Shown: one piece after another, positions 10,627 to 20,837 of the stretch | Layout: every line of letters begins with the position of its first letter | Numbering within the stretch: the stretch's first letter is position 1 | From: an uncultured bacterium | GTDB taxonomy: Bacteria > Hydrogenedentota > Hydrogenedentia > Hydrogenedentales > JAEUWI01 | NCBI GenBank assembly: GCA_963977445.1 | Contig: CAXBPH010000001.1 | Location: 16,709 to 80,708 of the forward strand | DNA: 64,000 bases | Reading direction: 5' to 3' | Made by a program: the position numbers and the translations under genes | The notes under the pieces: generated by a model | What the model saw: the letters and a program-made list of their open reading frames with translations, nothing else | Databases searched by the model: none | What the model was told of the DNA's origin: nothing

Positions 10627-11316
10627 ATGGCCAACGAAAAAATCTTAATCGTAGAAGATGAAGCCGACATTACCGAATTGCTCCGCTACAATCTGAGCCG
10701 GGATGGCTATAATGTTGTCGAAGCAGCTACCGGTGAGGCTGCGCTGGATATTATTGAGCGCAATGCCCCCGACCTGGTCCTACTCGATTTGATGCTGCCC
10801 AAAATAAATGGACTGGAAGTATGCCGACGGGTACGTTCGAGTCAAGACAACAAGCACTTGCCCATCATAATGATCACGGCCAAGGGCGAGGAGGTCGACA
10901 TTGTTACGGGCCTGGAGTTGGGTGCCGACGACTATATGACGAAACCCTTCAGCCCCCGAGTCTTGTTGGCACGTGTTCGGGCCGTACTTCGACGCCATGA
11001 CACCGAAGTTCCCGGCGACGATGTTCAGATCCAAATCCACAACCTGACGATTCACCCGGGACGCCACGAAGTCACGGTGGATGGTGAACTGGTTTCCCTC
11101 ACCCGCACCGAATTCCAGGTGCTTCATTACCTCGCCCGACGGCCCGGCTGGGTCTTCACGCGCTACCAGATCGTCGATGCCGTCCATGGCGATGATTATA
11201 TTGTCACGGAGCGCAGTGTAGACGTGCAGATCGTTGGCCTCCGCAAAAAACTGGGCGCTGCTGGAAAATTCATTGAAACGGTCCGGGGCGTGGGCTATCG
11301 TTTTGGATCGGTGTAA
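10627..11316 (+). CDS. phoB: OmpR/PhoB-family response regulator (phosphate regulon PhoB-like)
   Basis: REC domain ILIVEDEADITELL...LDLMLP and winged-helix C-terminus (LTRTEFQVLHYLARRPGWVFTRYQI...GVGYRF). Sits immediately upstream of a PhoR-like kinase. Confidence 0.75.
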   Translation: MANEKILIVEDEADITELLRYNLSRDGYNVVEAATGEAALDIIERNAPDLVLLDLMLPKINGLEVCRRVRSSQDNKHLPIIMITAKGEEVDIVTGLELGADDYMTKPFSPRVLLARVRAVLRRHDTEVPGDDVQIQIHNLTIHPGRHEVTVDGELVSLTRTEFQVLHYLARRPGWVFTRYQIVDAVHGDDYIVTERSVDVQIVGLRKKLGAAGKFIETVRGVGYRFGSV

Positions 11317-11322
11317 TTCACC

Positions 11323-13098
11323 GTGGCACGAAAACGTTTTATATGGCAGATTTTTCCTGCCTTCCTCCTCATCACCCTGTTCTCCCTGCTCCTGGTGGCC
11401 TACTACGTGACGAAAACGGTAGAGGACCTCCACCTACGACACACCGAGTCCGATCTTATTTCCCGGGCCCGACTGCTCGCTCCACTTGCCTCTCAATATG
11501 ACCCAAACGGAGATATCAATGCCCTACGAGCCCGTTGCAAGGTCTTGGGGGAAGACTCCGCAACCCGGATTACCCTGATCTTGCGTGATGGGCGGGTCAT
11601 TGCCGATTCCCACGAATTGGCGGAACAAATGACCGACCACGCCAATCGCCCGGAAATCATAGAGGCCTACGAGGGCAAGGTCGGGAGCGTCGTTCGATTC
11701 AGTCACACCCTGAATACACGCATGATGTATGTCGCCATTCCGGCCTCCGCCAAAGCCGATAGCCTGATTGTTCGGGTAGCCATCCCGGTGACCGCCATCG
11801 GTGATACGTTGCACGTGGTCTATGCCCGCATGTTATTTATTGTGCTCGCCGTCACCACCCTCGCCGCCATGCTGAGCTGGTTTGTCTCCCGGCGCGTAAT
11901 GCAACCCCTCGCGGCCTTGAAGACGGGTGCCGAACGATTTGCCCAGGGCCAATTGGAACAGCCCCTGCCCATTCCGGAGTCCGAGGAATTCGCCCGGCTG
12001 ACCGAAGCCCTCAATCTAATGGCACGACAACTGGCGGACCATATTCAGTTCGTAGAACAACAACGAAATGAGCAGCAGGCCATCCTTTCCAGCATGGTTG
12101 AAAGCGTGGTGGCGGTCGATAGTAATTTGCGCATCATCACCGTTAACCAGGCGGCAATCTCCCTCCTGGGAGTGGACCCGGAAACCATCAAGGGGCGACC
12201 ACTCATCGAGGCCATTCGCAATACCGCCCTTCATGCCTTCGCGCAGGAGGTTCTCAAGAGCCAGGGCGTGGTGGAAACGGAATTCAGGTTTGGAACGAGT
12301 GAATCGATCCTTCTCAAAGCACAGGGCACCGTGCTCCGGGATTCGACCCATGGCTCGATGGGTGCCGTAGTCGTCTTAAACAATGTAACCCGACTTCACC
12401 AGCTGGAAGCCGTACGCCAGGACTTTGTCGCAAACGTATCCCACGAACTCAAGACACCTATCACCTCCATCAAGGGTTTTGTGGAGACCCTGCTAGACGA
12501 CCCCAATGCCCGCCCCGAAGATACGCGGCATTTCCTGCAAATCATCGAAAAGCAGGCCAATCGCCTGGATGCAATCATCGAAGACTTGCTGGCCCTGTCC
12601 CGTCTCGAAGACGATAATGGACATGCCTCGCTCGCGGTAGAGCCCACCCCACTGACCCCGATCATCGACGCAGCCGCCGAACTCTGTCAGCATCAGGCCG
12701 ACCTTCGTGGTGTCCGGATTCAGTTGGAATGTCCCGAGGGACTTCAGGTTGCCGCAAGCCCCGCCTTGTTGGAACAGGGACTGGTAAACCTCATAAACAA
12801 CGCTATCAAGTACAGCGAAGGCGGCCAGACCATAATCGTCCATGCCCATGCGCAGGATGGCGCCATTATTCTGGACGTCATCGACGAGGGCGTGGGTATT
12901 CCAGCCAATGAGCTCGAACGAATCTTTGAACGGTTCTACCGTGTCGACCGGGCCCGAAGTCGTGAATTAGGCGGCACCGGCCTGGGCCTGTCCATCGTAA
13001 AACACATTGCCCACGTTCATAAGGGAACGGTCTCCGTTTCCAGTACCCTCGGCGAAGGCAGCACCTTCAGCCTCTCCCTGCCCATTCGGTCAGAATAA
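11323..13098 (+). CDS. phoR: phosphate-regulon-type sensor histidine kinase (TM-HAMP-PAS-HisKA-HATPase_c)
   Basis: Two TM segments, HAMP, PAS (ILSSMVESVVAVDSNLRIITVN), H-box DFVANVSHELKTPITSIKGF (classic PhoR-type), HATPase_c (ELGGTGLGLSIVKHIAHVHKG). The start is 7 nt after the phoB stop. Confidence 0.75.
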   Translation: MARKRFIWQIFPAFLLITLFSLLLVAYYVTKTVEDLHLRHTESDLISRARLLAPLASQYDPNGDINALRARCKVLGEDSATRITLILRDGRVIADSHELAEQMTDHANRPEIIEAYEGKVGSVVRFSHTLNTRMMYVAIPASAKADSLIVRVAIPVTAIGDTLHVVYARMLFIVLAVTTLAAMLSWFVSRRVMQPLAALKTGAERFAQGQLEQPLPIPESEEFARLTEALNLMARQLADHIQFVEQQRNEQQAILSSMVESVVAVDSNLRIITVNQAAISLLGVDPETIKGRPLIEAIRNTALHAFAQEVLKSQGVVETEFRFGTSESILLKAQGTVLRDSTHGSMGAVVVLNNVTRLHQLEAVRQDFVANVSHELKTPITSIKGFVETLLDDPNARPEDTRHFLQIIEKQANRLDAIIEDLLALSRLEDDNGHASLAVEPTPLTPIIDAAAELCQHQADLRGVRIQLECPEGLQVAASPALLEQGLVNLINNAIKYSEGGQTIIVHAHAQDGAIILDVIDEGVGIPANELERIFERFYRVDRARSRELGGTGLGLSIVKHIAHVHKGTVSVSSTLGEGSTFSLSLPIRSE

Positions 13099-13713
13099 CG
13101 ACGTTTCGATACGCTGTGCCAAAGCGTCGCCCCCCAACGTTAAGGGGTGCCGAATCCCCACGTCAAACGCCCGTCAGGTAGCGCTTCTACGCCAATAATT
13201 TTTGTGTTGCCCCCCCTTCAATTTAGCAGACACCGAACTGGACGCGATAACACCCACAAACCAACGCAACACATCATTCAATGCTGCGGCAAGTCGTCAC
13301 CCAAAACACATTGCTTAGCAATGCATACCGCCACAAATCGTCCTATGTCATCCCGGAAAGTGGCCCAGACACGCTCTGTTTTTCCTGCCTTTTCTTCACA
13401 CACAAGATATATCGCCAGCTAATCATAGACTAATGGTCGATGGATACACTGTCACGTATTGCAGCGTCGGTGCATCGATGCTGTCTTGGGAAGAACACAG
13501 GTGTCGGCTGCACGCTAACAATCCCGGGTTGCGTAGCACCAATACCCTGAGACTTCCATGTCATTTAGTGCCTGGCCGTCGGTACGGAAATCCTTCCGGC
13601 TCCGGGCTAAAGCAGTCATCCAACGTTTGGCGGTGCCGACAGGGGTCGCATCGCCCCAAGTGATCAACGCTATCGAATTTATTCGGTGACATGTAAGTGA
13701 AGGAGAACTAAAA

Positions 13714-15168
13714 ATGTCGAAATGGCACAATTTGGGATGTGCCTGCTGTCTGACAGCAATTGCATTCTTCGGACTGACAACAACGGCTGGTGCACAAGAT
13801 GCGTCGCAGCGTGAAAAAGACTTGCTGATCCTCGTTGAAGCCCTCAAGGAGCGGGTCCAGGCCCTGGAAGACAAGACAGCTGCATCGGAAATGGCCGCCC
13901 CGGTTGAAGCAGGCCCCATTGTCGAACGGGTGGAAGCCCTGGAACAGGCAATTGACGAGAAGAAAGCCGGAAGCGACAACGACTTCCGGGTCTTCTGGAA
14001 GAGCGGACTCAATTTCGAGACCAACGACGGCACCACAAAACTGAAAATTGGTGGGCGCATTCACAATGACTGGTACTGGTTTGACCAGGACAGCAGCCTT
14101 CAGCGCATGGTTGACCTGGAAGACGGTACCGAGTTTCGACGTGGACGAGTCTATATTTCCGGCACCCTCTACGAAAACATCAAGTTCAAGTTTCAGTATG
14201 ACTTTGCTGACGGTGATGTGGACTTCAAAGATGTCTATATGGAGATTGCCAAGTTACCTGGTATCGGCAACCTGAGAATTGGTCATTTCAAAGAGCCCTT
14301 CAGCCTCGAAGAATTGACCAGTTCGAATGACGCGACCTTTATGGAACGTGCCCTGCCCAATATCTTCGCCCCGAGCCGCAACACCGGTATCATGGCCCAC
14401 AACGCCTTCCTCGGCGAGAAAAAACACGAACGCATGACGGCGGCCCTCGGTATCTTCCGCACCACAGACGACTATGGTAATGATGCGGATGATGGCGGCT
14501 ACAGCGTCACGGCCCGCGTAACCGGGTTGCCCTGGTATGAAGAAGACGGGCGAAAACTCGTCCACCTCGGTGCGGCCTACACCCACCGCAACCCCGATGG
14601 CGATGTACGATTGCGCCAGCGTCCGGAATCCCATGGTGCTGCACGTTTCGTGGACACGGGTGCCGTTGACACCGACGCCATCGATTCCTTCGTGTTGGAA
14701 GGAGCCCTCGTTCTCGGTGCGTTCTCCCTGCAGGGTGAATATTTCTTCAATGACTTCGATACCGAGTTTCTGGGCGACCACGACTTTGATGGTTATTATG
14801 TCCAGGCCAGTTACTTCCTCACCGGCGAACACCGTCCCTATAAGAATGCAGACGCCAAATTTGACCGCGTCGTTCCCAACAACAATTTCAAAGTTCACGG
14901 TGAAGAACGCGGTTGGGGTGCCTGGGAAGTGGCCCTGCGCTATTCCCACATCGACCTCGATGATGGCTACACCTCTTTCTGGGACCGGGCCTTCGGATAT
15001 AACGATCAGATCCGTGGTGGCGAAGAAGACAACATCACCATCGGTTTGAATTGGCACCTCAATCCCAACACGCGCATCATGTGGAACTACATCCACGCCG
15101 ACCTCGACAGCAACGTCTATGACGGCGATTTGAATATCTTCCAGACCCGATTCCAGGTGGCTTTCTAA
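13714..15168 (+). CDS. outer-membrane porin, phosphate-selective porin O/P (OprO/OprP) family
   Basis: Signal peptide MSKWHNLGCACCLTAIAFFGLTTTAGA, N-terminal coiled-coil, long beta-barrel body ending ...FQTRFQVAF (C-terminal Phe). Strong SD (aaggagaactaaaaATG). Located after phoBR. Confidence 0.6.
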   Translation: MSKWHNLGCACCLTAIAFFGLTTTAGAQDASQREKDLLILVEALKERVQALEDKTAASEMAAPVEAGPIVERVEALEQAIDEKKAGSDNDFRVFWKSGLNFETNDGTTKLKIGGRIHNDWYWFDQDSSLQRMVDLEDGTEFRRGRVYISGTLYENIKFKFQYDFADGDVDFKDVYMEIAKLPGIGNLRIGHFKEPFSLEELTSSNDATFMERALPNIFAPSRNTGIMAHNAFLGEKKHERMTAALGIFRTTDDYGNDADDGGYSVTARVTGLPWYEEDGRKLVHLGAAYTHRNPDGDVRLRQRPESHGAARFVDTGAVDTDAIDSFVLEGALVLGAFSLQGEYFFNDFDTEFLGDHDFDGYYVQASYFLTGEHRPYKNADAKFDRVVPNNNFKVHGEERGWGAWEVALRYSHIDLDDGYTSFWDRAFGYNDQIRGGEEDNITIGLNWHLNPNTRIMWNYIHADLDSNVYDGDLNIFQTRFQVAF

Positions 15169-15585
15169 GTCCACGCGGAACAGACCGCATTTCCCAGGAA
15201 CATAACGGAGTATCCGGTGCAGCACACGCTTCGTTGGATTGCCGCCCGTTTGGCAGCCGACTTGCATGCGAGTGTTGCCCCGCAGATGACGTCGAAAAAG
15301 ACCGGCCCTTCTTTTTCAGGGGCCAGGGGTCGGCGGAAAACTCGACAGCATCGGATCCGATACGCGCAGCAACTTTAAGACGTACTGGGCCGAGTCCATG
15401 GGTGAACGCCGCCTGAAGGTGTACATACAGATGAAAGGCAAGTGGGCCCACACGGCACCACCTGCCTTCATCTGTAGAACCGCACAACGGGACTCCATGT
15501 CTCATACGATGACGCTACCCTGAGGGAGATGAAATTCGAAAAGGGATACGAATTCAAGCCCCGGGCCATTGTCCCGCCTATCGCA

Positions 15586-15614
15586 TTGACTCTCTCCGGC
15601 CGGGGGGCGATAAT
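15586..15614 (+). promoter_or_regulatory. putative sigma70-type promoter (TTGACT-N17-GATAAT) upstream of the DUF1559 gene
   Basis: -35 TTGACT at 15586-15591, 17-nt spacer, -10 GATAAT at 15609-15614, about 60 nt upstream of the 15677 start. Confidence 0.4.
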
Positions 15615-15676
15615 ACGAAAGCGTCATTTCGGACGTCCAACGTATTATTTATAACCCATCGAGAGCATACACCTTC

Positions 15677-16642
15677 ATGAGAAGTAAGGGATTCACCCTC
15701 ATCGAGTTACTCGTCGTCATTGCGATCATCGGCGTCCTCGCCGCCATCCTGCTCCCTGCCCTGGCACGCGCCCGGGAGGCCGCACGGCGCGCCAGTTGCC
15801 AGGGAAACATGAAGCAGTTCGGCCTGGTTTTCAAAATGTACACCAACGAATCGAAGGGGGAGCACTTCCCACCACTCTCTCCCTACGGCAGCGTGCGGCC
15901 CGATTTGCGCTCCAGTCCCTTGTGGAGCTCCCCCCACGCCCGCACCATTTTCCCCGAATACCTGAGCGACTTGGGTGTGGCCGCGTGTCCCTCCGACAGT
16001 GGCGCCGACCCCGGCTGGGCCAGTGTGCTGCCGCGGGTGCCCAATGACGGGGGCAATTTCGAAAGTTGGAAGGCGGCCGCCGAAGCCGTGAATGACCGGG
16101 ACTCCGTCGACTACTTCATCAGCGGCGAACTCAGCCGCTCCTATATCTACAAGGGCTATGCCATTAAAAATATCCCCGAGTTTTACGGCTTTTGGGGGGC
16201 CAGCTCCATCAATGAAATCTCGGGCGATGTGGACATTTTGGGCGTGGGCACCGTACACCTGAAGAACTACGAGGACGACCTCAGCTTTGACTACAGCCCC
16301 TGGCCGCCCTGGGTCCCGAACGTGCCAGACGCTTCGGGCACCGCTGGCGGCGACACGATCCTACGCCTTCGCGAAGGCATCGAGCGATTCATGATTACCG
16401 ACATCAACAACGCGAGTGCGGGCGCCCAGGGTCAGAGCCTCATCCCCATCTTGTGGGACACCTTTGGAAGCAGCGAGTTTGGCGACAATGCCGTGGGTAC
16501 CGTTACCTTCAACCACCTCCCCGGCGGCTGCAACGTCCTCTACATGGACGGCCACGTGGAGTTCATCAAATACGGCGATAAATTCCCCATATCCGATGAC
16601 GACCAGGTGGTAAAAGAAAACAGCCACTATGGCTTGGGGTAG
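15677..16642 (+). CDS. DUF1559 domain protein with N-terminal prepilin-type cleavage/methylation signal (Planctomycete type)
   Basis: [47 protein letters not shown]... N-terminus and C-terminal ...[22 protein letters not shown], both hallmark motifs of the DUF1559 family. Confidence 0.8.
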   Translation: MRSKGFTLIELLVVIAIIGVLAAILLPALARAREAARRASCQGNMKQFGLVFKMYTNESKGEHFPPLSPYGSVRPDLRSSPLWSSPHARTIFPEYLSDLGVAACPSDSGADPGWASVLPRVPNDGGNFESWKAAAEAVNDRDSVDYFISGELSRSYIYKGYAIKNIPEFYGFWGASSINEISGDVDILGVGTVHLKNYEDDLSFDYSPWPPWVPNVPDASGTAGGDTILRLREGIERFMITDINNASAGAQGQSLIPILWDTFGSSEFGDNAVGTVTFNHLPGGCNVLYMDGHVEFIKYGDKFPISDDDQVVKENSHYGLG

Positions 16643-16939
16643 ACGACCGCGAGAAAAGGCAGCCGGTCGCGCTGACCGCGCACAATTCCCATAGAGGCAG
16701 CCTGAGCTTATAAAGACGCGCTAACGTGGGTTGGGCTTCCAGCCTGACATGGCGTGTGGAAGAGTTTCCTGGGAGCGTCCAACTCCTGGCACGAGCACGA
16801 TGGGGTTACCCTGTGCTGATGCCAAGTCGGCCGAATGAATCGGGCTTCCTTCGAGATCTTGAGCGGCTGTCATCTCAGGCTGGAAGCCTAAGCCACGTTG
16901 GTTCACGGTCCCATTCAACGAGGCGATTCTTGTCCGCCC

Positions 16940-17923
16940 TTACGCCCCAGCGACTTCCAAGGGCTGCAAGCCCAATTTGTCGAACAACGCCTTGTCCCGA
17001 TCCACGCCGGGGTTGGCTGTTGTGAGAAGCTTTTCGCCCGCGAAGATAGAATTCGCGCCAGCAAGAAAACAGAGGGCCTGGGTTTCGTCCGTCATGGACG
17101 TGCGTCCTGCGCTGAGGCGGACCATGCTGGCGGGCATGGCAAGACGGGCCGTAGCAATCATGCGGACCATGACGATGGGGTCGACGGGCTCCTGCTTTTC
17201 GAGGGGCGTACCTTCTACGGCAACGAGGGCGTTGATGGGCACACTCTCGGGATGGGGATTGTGACCCGCAAGAACGGCCAACATGGCGATGCGATCTTTT
17301 ACCGTCTCCCCCATGCCCACGATACCGCCGGAACAGACGGTGACACCGGCATTGCGCACGTTTTGAATGGTCCGCAAGCGGTCATCATAGGTGCGGGTGG
17401 AGATAATTTTCTCGTAATATTCGGGGCCCGTGTCGAGATTGTGGTTGTAGGCGTCCAGACCGGCTTCGGCGAGGCGTTTGGCCTGGTCTTCGTTGACCAT
17501 ACCGAGCGTGCAGCAGGCTTCCATACCGAGGGCCTTTACACCGCGCACCATCTCCAACACCTGGTCAAACTGCTCGCCATCGCGCACTTCGCGCCAGGCC
17601 GCACCCATGCAAAAACGGGTAGAACCACTCTCTTTCGCTGATTTCGCCGCCGCAAGTGCTCCTTCCACATCGATAAGGGGTTCTTTTTCCAAATCGGTGT
17701 TGTAGTGAGCGCTCTGGGGACAATAGGAGCAATCCTCCGGACAGGCACCGGTCTTGATGCTCAACAACGTGCATTGCTGCACTTTGTTGGGATCGTGAAA
17801 CTGCCGGTGAACAGTCTGGGCCTGAAAAACCAACTCGGTGAGGGGCAGGTCATAGATAGCCTGCAATTCGGCTTCAGTCCAGTCGTGACGGAGGGCGTTT
17901 GCCCCTTCGAAAGTCGTATTCAT
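16940..17923 (-). CDS. bioB: biotin synthase (radical SAM)
   Basis: [11 protein letters not shown] radical-SAM cysteine triad, and ...[12 protein letters not shown]... (includes the conserved biotin-synthase block). Probable start MNTTFEG at 17923; the ORF extends to 17983. Confidence 0.9.
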   Translation of the reverse strand: MNTTFEGANALRHDWTEAELQAIYDLPLTELVFQAQTVHRQFHDPNKVQQCTLLSIKTGACPEDCSYCPQSAHYNTDLEKEPLIDVEGALAAAKSAKESGSTRFCMGAAWREVRDGEQFDQVLEMVRGVKALGMEACCTLGMVNEDQAKRLAEAGLDAYNHNLDTGPEYYEKIISTRTYDDRLRTIQNVRNAGVTVCSGGIVGMGETVKDRIAMLAVLAGHNPHPESVPINALVAVEGTPLEKQEPVDPIVMVRMIATARLAMPASMVRLSAGRTSMTDETQALCFLAGANSIFAGEKLLTTANPGVDRDKALFDKLGLQPLEVAGA

Positions 17924-18097
17924 TATAAATAACCGCTCCTCGGGAAAATGCTGTTTTGTACGTGAAGGCCATAAGGATAGCACGTTTCAGGGGCCTTGTG
18001 CCTCCTGTTGCCCATCACGGCATTGACTTTCACGCCCTGCCGATTCAGAGCTTTTCCCGGTGGGTATAGAATCTGTTAGGCTGACCACCAACGGCAC

Positions 18098-19666
18098 ATG
18101 ACCAGAAACAACAAAAGGATTGCTACCATGCCACGGCACCTGAACCGTCTTCCCCTATGTTGTCTGCTTTCCCTCTCTTTCGCGGCAACATCGGTTGCAG
18201 TCGCGGAGGAATCCGACGCGAACAAGGTCCTCCTCATCGTGCTCGATGGACTGCGGCCCGATTACGTCACCGAGGAGCGGATGCCCAATCTCTATGCCTG
18301 GGGCCGGGATGGCGTGGTATTTGAGAAACACCACGCCACCTTCCCCACGGTGACCCGTGTAAACTCCCCGTCCATCGCCACAGGCACCTACCCCAACCAG
18401 CATGGTATCGCCGACAACAGCGTGTATTTTCCGACCATCGAGCCAGACAAGACCCTCAGCACGGCAAGTCGTGGTGATTTACAGCGTATCGAAGCCGCAA
18501 CGGGCGGCCACCTCCTCACGGTCGAATCCATGGGCGAATATCTCGCGGGACAGGGCATGAAGCTGGGCGTATTCAGCTCGGGCTCTCATGGCTCGGCCTT
18601 CCTCCTAAACCACAAAGTCCCCAACGGTGCCATCATCAACACCGGCTTTATTCTGCCCGAGTCCCTCGCCGAAACCCTGGGTCCCCAACTCGGTGAAGAG
18701 CCGGCCGACGGCGCACCCAATACGGCACGCAACAATCGGGTAGTCGATGCTTACCTCGACTATGGCCTCAACGAACTCAAGGCCCCACTGACGATCATGT
18801 GGCTCAGTGACCCCGACCACACGGCCCACGAATATGGCATGGACAGCCCGGAAAACTACGCGGCGCTCCGCGGGGTGGACGACGCCCTCGGACGCATCGC
18901 CGCAACGCTCGAATCCCGGGGCCTCCTCGAATCCACCAATATCATGGTGACGTCTGACCACGGATTTTCCACCCACACCCTCGAAGAAGACCCCCGCCAG
19001 GTGTTGCATGATTTTGTTGCCACCCACCATCTGGCCCCGGAGGATATTATCGTAACCGGGGCGACCATCTACCTGCGGGAGGCCGCAAAGCCCCTTCTGG
19101 GTGAGCTGGTAGAGACGCTTCAGCGAACCCCATGGGTGGGCCCCCTCTTTACCAAGGCCAAGTCGCCGCAGAGCATCGAAGGCGTGGTGCCCGGCACCCT
19201 GTCGCTCGGTGTGATTCATGCCGATCACCCGGAGCGCGCTCCCGACATCGTTTTCTCGCCCAAGTGGACCGATGACAAGACCGGGCCCTTCAGCGGCACC
19301 GTTGCCACAAGCGGTGTTGCCGGTCATGGCAGTGCCAGTCCCTGGGACATACACAATGCCCTTATCGCCCGGGGCCCCGCTTTTGAACAGGGCATATTAA
19401 TCGGTACACCGACGCACAATACGGACCTGGCACCGACCGTCTGCCACCTGCTGGGTCTGGCCGTTCCCCCCACCCAGGTGGGTCGGGTTCTCTTCGAAGG
19501 CTTGCGTGAAGAGACGCCCCAACTGCCCGAGACCGTCACAACGCGTACCCTCCGCACCACACGGACCTTTGACGACGGCACCCAATACGTCATGGAAGTG
19601 GAGCTGAGCCGCTATCGAGGCATCGAATACCTCGACCAGGCGTCGGCCACAAAGATCGCCCCCTGA
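18098..19666 (+). CDS. secreted alkaline-phosphatase-superfamily enzyme, nucleotide pyrophosphatase/phosphodiesterase (NPP) type
   Basis: Signal peptide. LLIVLDGLRPDYV metal-site motif typical of type I phosphodiesterase/NPP. ...MVTSDHGF... block. Confidence 0.7.
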   Translation: MTRNNKRIATMPRHLNRLPLCCLLSLSFAATSVAVAEESDANKVLLIVLDGLRPDYVTEERMPNLYAWGRDGVVFEKHHATFPTVTRVNSPSIATGTYPNQHGIADNSVYFPTIEPDKTLSTASRGDLQRIEAATGGHLLTVESMGEYLAGQGMKLGVFSSGSHGSAFLLNHKVPNGAIINTGFILPESLAETLGPQLGEEPADGAPNTARNNRVVDAYLDYGLNELKAPLTIMWLSDPDHTAHEYGMDSPENYAALRGVDDALGRIAATLESRGLLESTNIMVTSDHGFSTHTLEEDPRQVLHDFVATHHLAPEDIIVTGATIYLREAAKPLLGELVETLQRTPWVGPLFTKAKSPQSIEGVVPGTLSLGVIHADHPERAPDIVFSPKWTDDKTGPFSGTVATSGVAGHGSASPWDIHNALIARGPAFEQGILIGTPTHNTDLAPTVCHLLGLAVPPTQVGRVLFEGLREETPQLPETVTTRTLRTTRTFDDGTQYVMEVELSRYRGIEYLDQASATKIAP

Positions 19667-20575
19667 CTATACGATGCCGCAACCTTTGGGCCGAATCATG
19701 CGCACGGGCCAGTCAAGCAGGGTAAAAGTGCCCGGAAGCTGACCGGCGGGGTCGCCATCGATCTGCATCAGGACGGGCTTGTCGCTGTCGGCGGGTTCCA
19801 GGAGCACGGTCTGGCCCTGGCAATAGGTAATCCAGGACGCATCGACAAAGTTTGGATTCCAGACCCGAAACACAAGCCAGAGCAGCCGCCCCCAACTCAG
19901 TTTGCGCATGATACAAACATCCAGTTGATGATCATTGATCACCGATTGGGGCGTTGCCGGAAAAACCCCAGCAGAGTAGCGACAGTTGCCTACGATTACA
20001 TACTCACCGTCTTCGGCTACAACCGCGCCATCCACCGTTACTCGAATATGCGGATAGTCATAGCCGAATACCACGCGGAGTGAGGGGCCCACCCACTTCA
20101 TGAGATTCGACTTGCGGCCACGTCCCGAATGCACCGCGTGGGCCACCGCCGCATCCAGGCCGGCGCCGGCACCGAGGAGAAATCGCTGCTCACCATGGAG
20201 CCCCACGTCCATGTCGATGTAGTTGCCCGCCACGATGGCATCGGCGACAGTAGCGACCTTGGAGCGCATACCCATTTCCCGGGCCACTACATTCGCCGTT
20301 CCCACCGGCAAAATCGCAAGGGCACAGGTAAATCTTTCGGGAAGCCCATTGAGCACCTCGTTCAAGGTGCCATCTCCCCCGACCACCACCACGACATCGG
20401 CGGTCGTCTGGCCTGCCTCAACGCGCCCGTCACCGGCCTTGGAGGTGCAGAACAGGGTGGTTTCGACACCCCGCAATATCAGGGCAGCTTCCAGGGCAAG
20501 TGCTTTTGCCTTCCCCTTACCACCACCGGCCACGGGATTGGCAATAATATGTGCATTACGTATTTCGACGTTCAT
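19667..20575 (-). CDS. diacylglycerol/lipid kinase (YegS/BmrU family)
   Basis: HIIANPVAGGGKGK...VVVVVGGDGTLNEVLNGL DAGK catalytic-domain motifs. The supplied ORF extends to 20947, but an internal ATG at 20575 (MNVEIRNAHII) gives the conserved N-terminus. Confidence 0.7.
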   Translation of the reverse strand: MNVEIRNAHIIANPVAGGGKGKAKALALEAALILRGVETTLFCTSKAGDGRVEAGQTTADVVVVVGGDGTLNEVLNGLPERFTCALAILPVGTANVVAREMGMRSKVATVADAIVAGNYIDMDVGLHGEQRFLLGAGAGLDAAVAHAVHSGRGRKSNLMKWVGPSLRVVFGYDYPHIRVTVDGAVVAEDGEYVIVGNCRYSAGVFPATPQSVINDHQLDVCIMRKLSWGRLLWLVFRVWNPNFVDASWITYCQGQTVLLEPADSDKPVLMQIDGDPAGQLPGTFTLLDWPVRMIRPKGCGIV

Positions 20576-20837
20576 ACAGTAGGATCTACTTTCTCGTGGT
20601 ATCAGACGGGATTGATCGCAGGTCGCGCGGTCGTCTCGCCGATGGACTTCCTGCACTTTCCTTGACCACATAGCGCCCCCATGGCATCGCAAAGGCAGTC
20701 TAACGAATATATTGGTGGAATTGCGAACCAAAGCACGACTGCCCCGAGGGTGTAGCACGCGCCCGCCCAATGCTTCGCTCACAAGCGCAGATAGGGTATG
20801 ATAGAGCCGAATCAAGGCACCTTCAGGATAGGAATGA

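Noticed and set aside
13099-13713. Possible small ORFs (13147..13422, 13433..13663) in the phoR-porin gap
   Set aside because: No start context and odd composition. The region is more plausibly promoter or regulatory DNA. Only the TGTCA-like motifs are noted, as a low-confidence finding.
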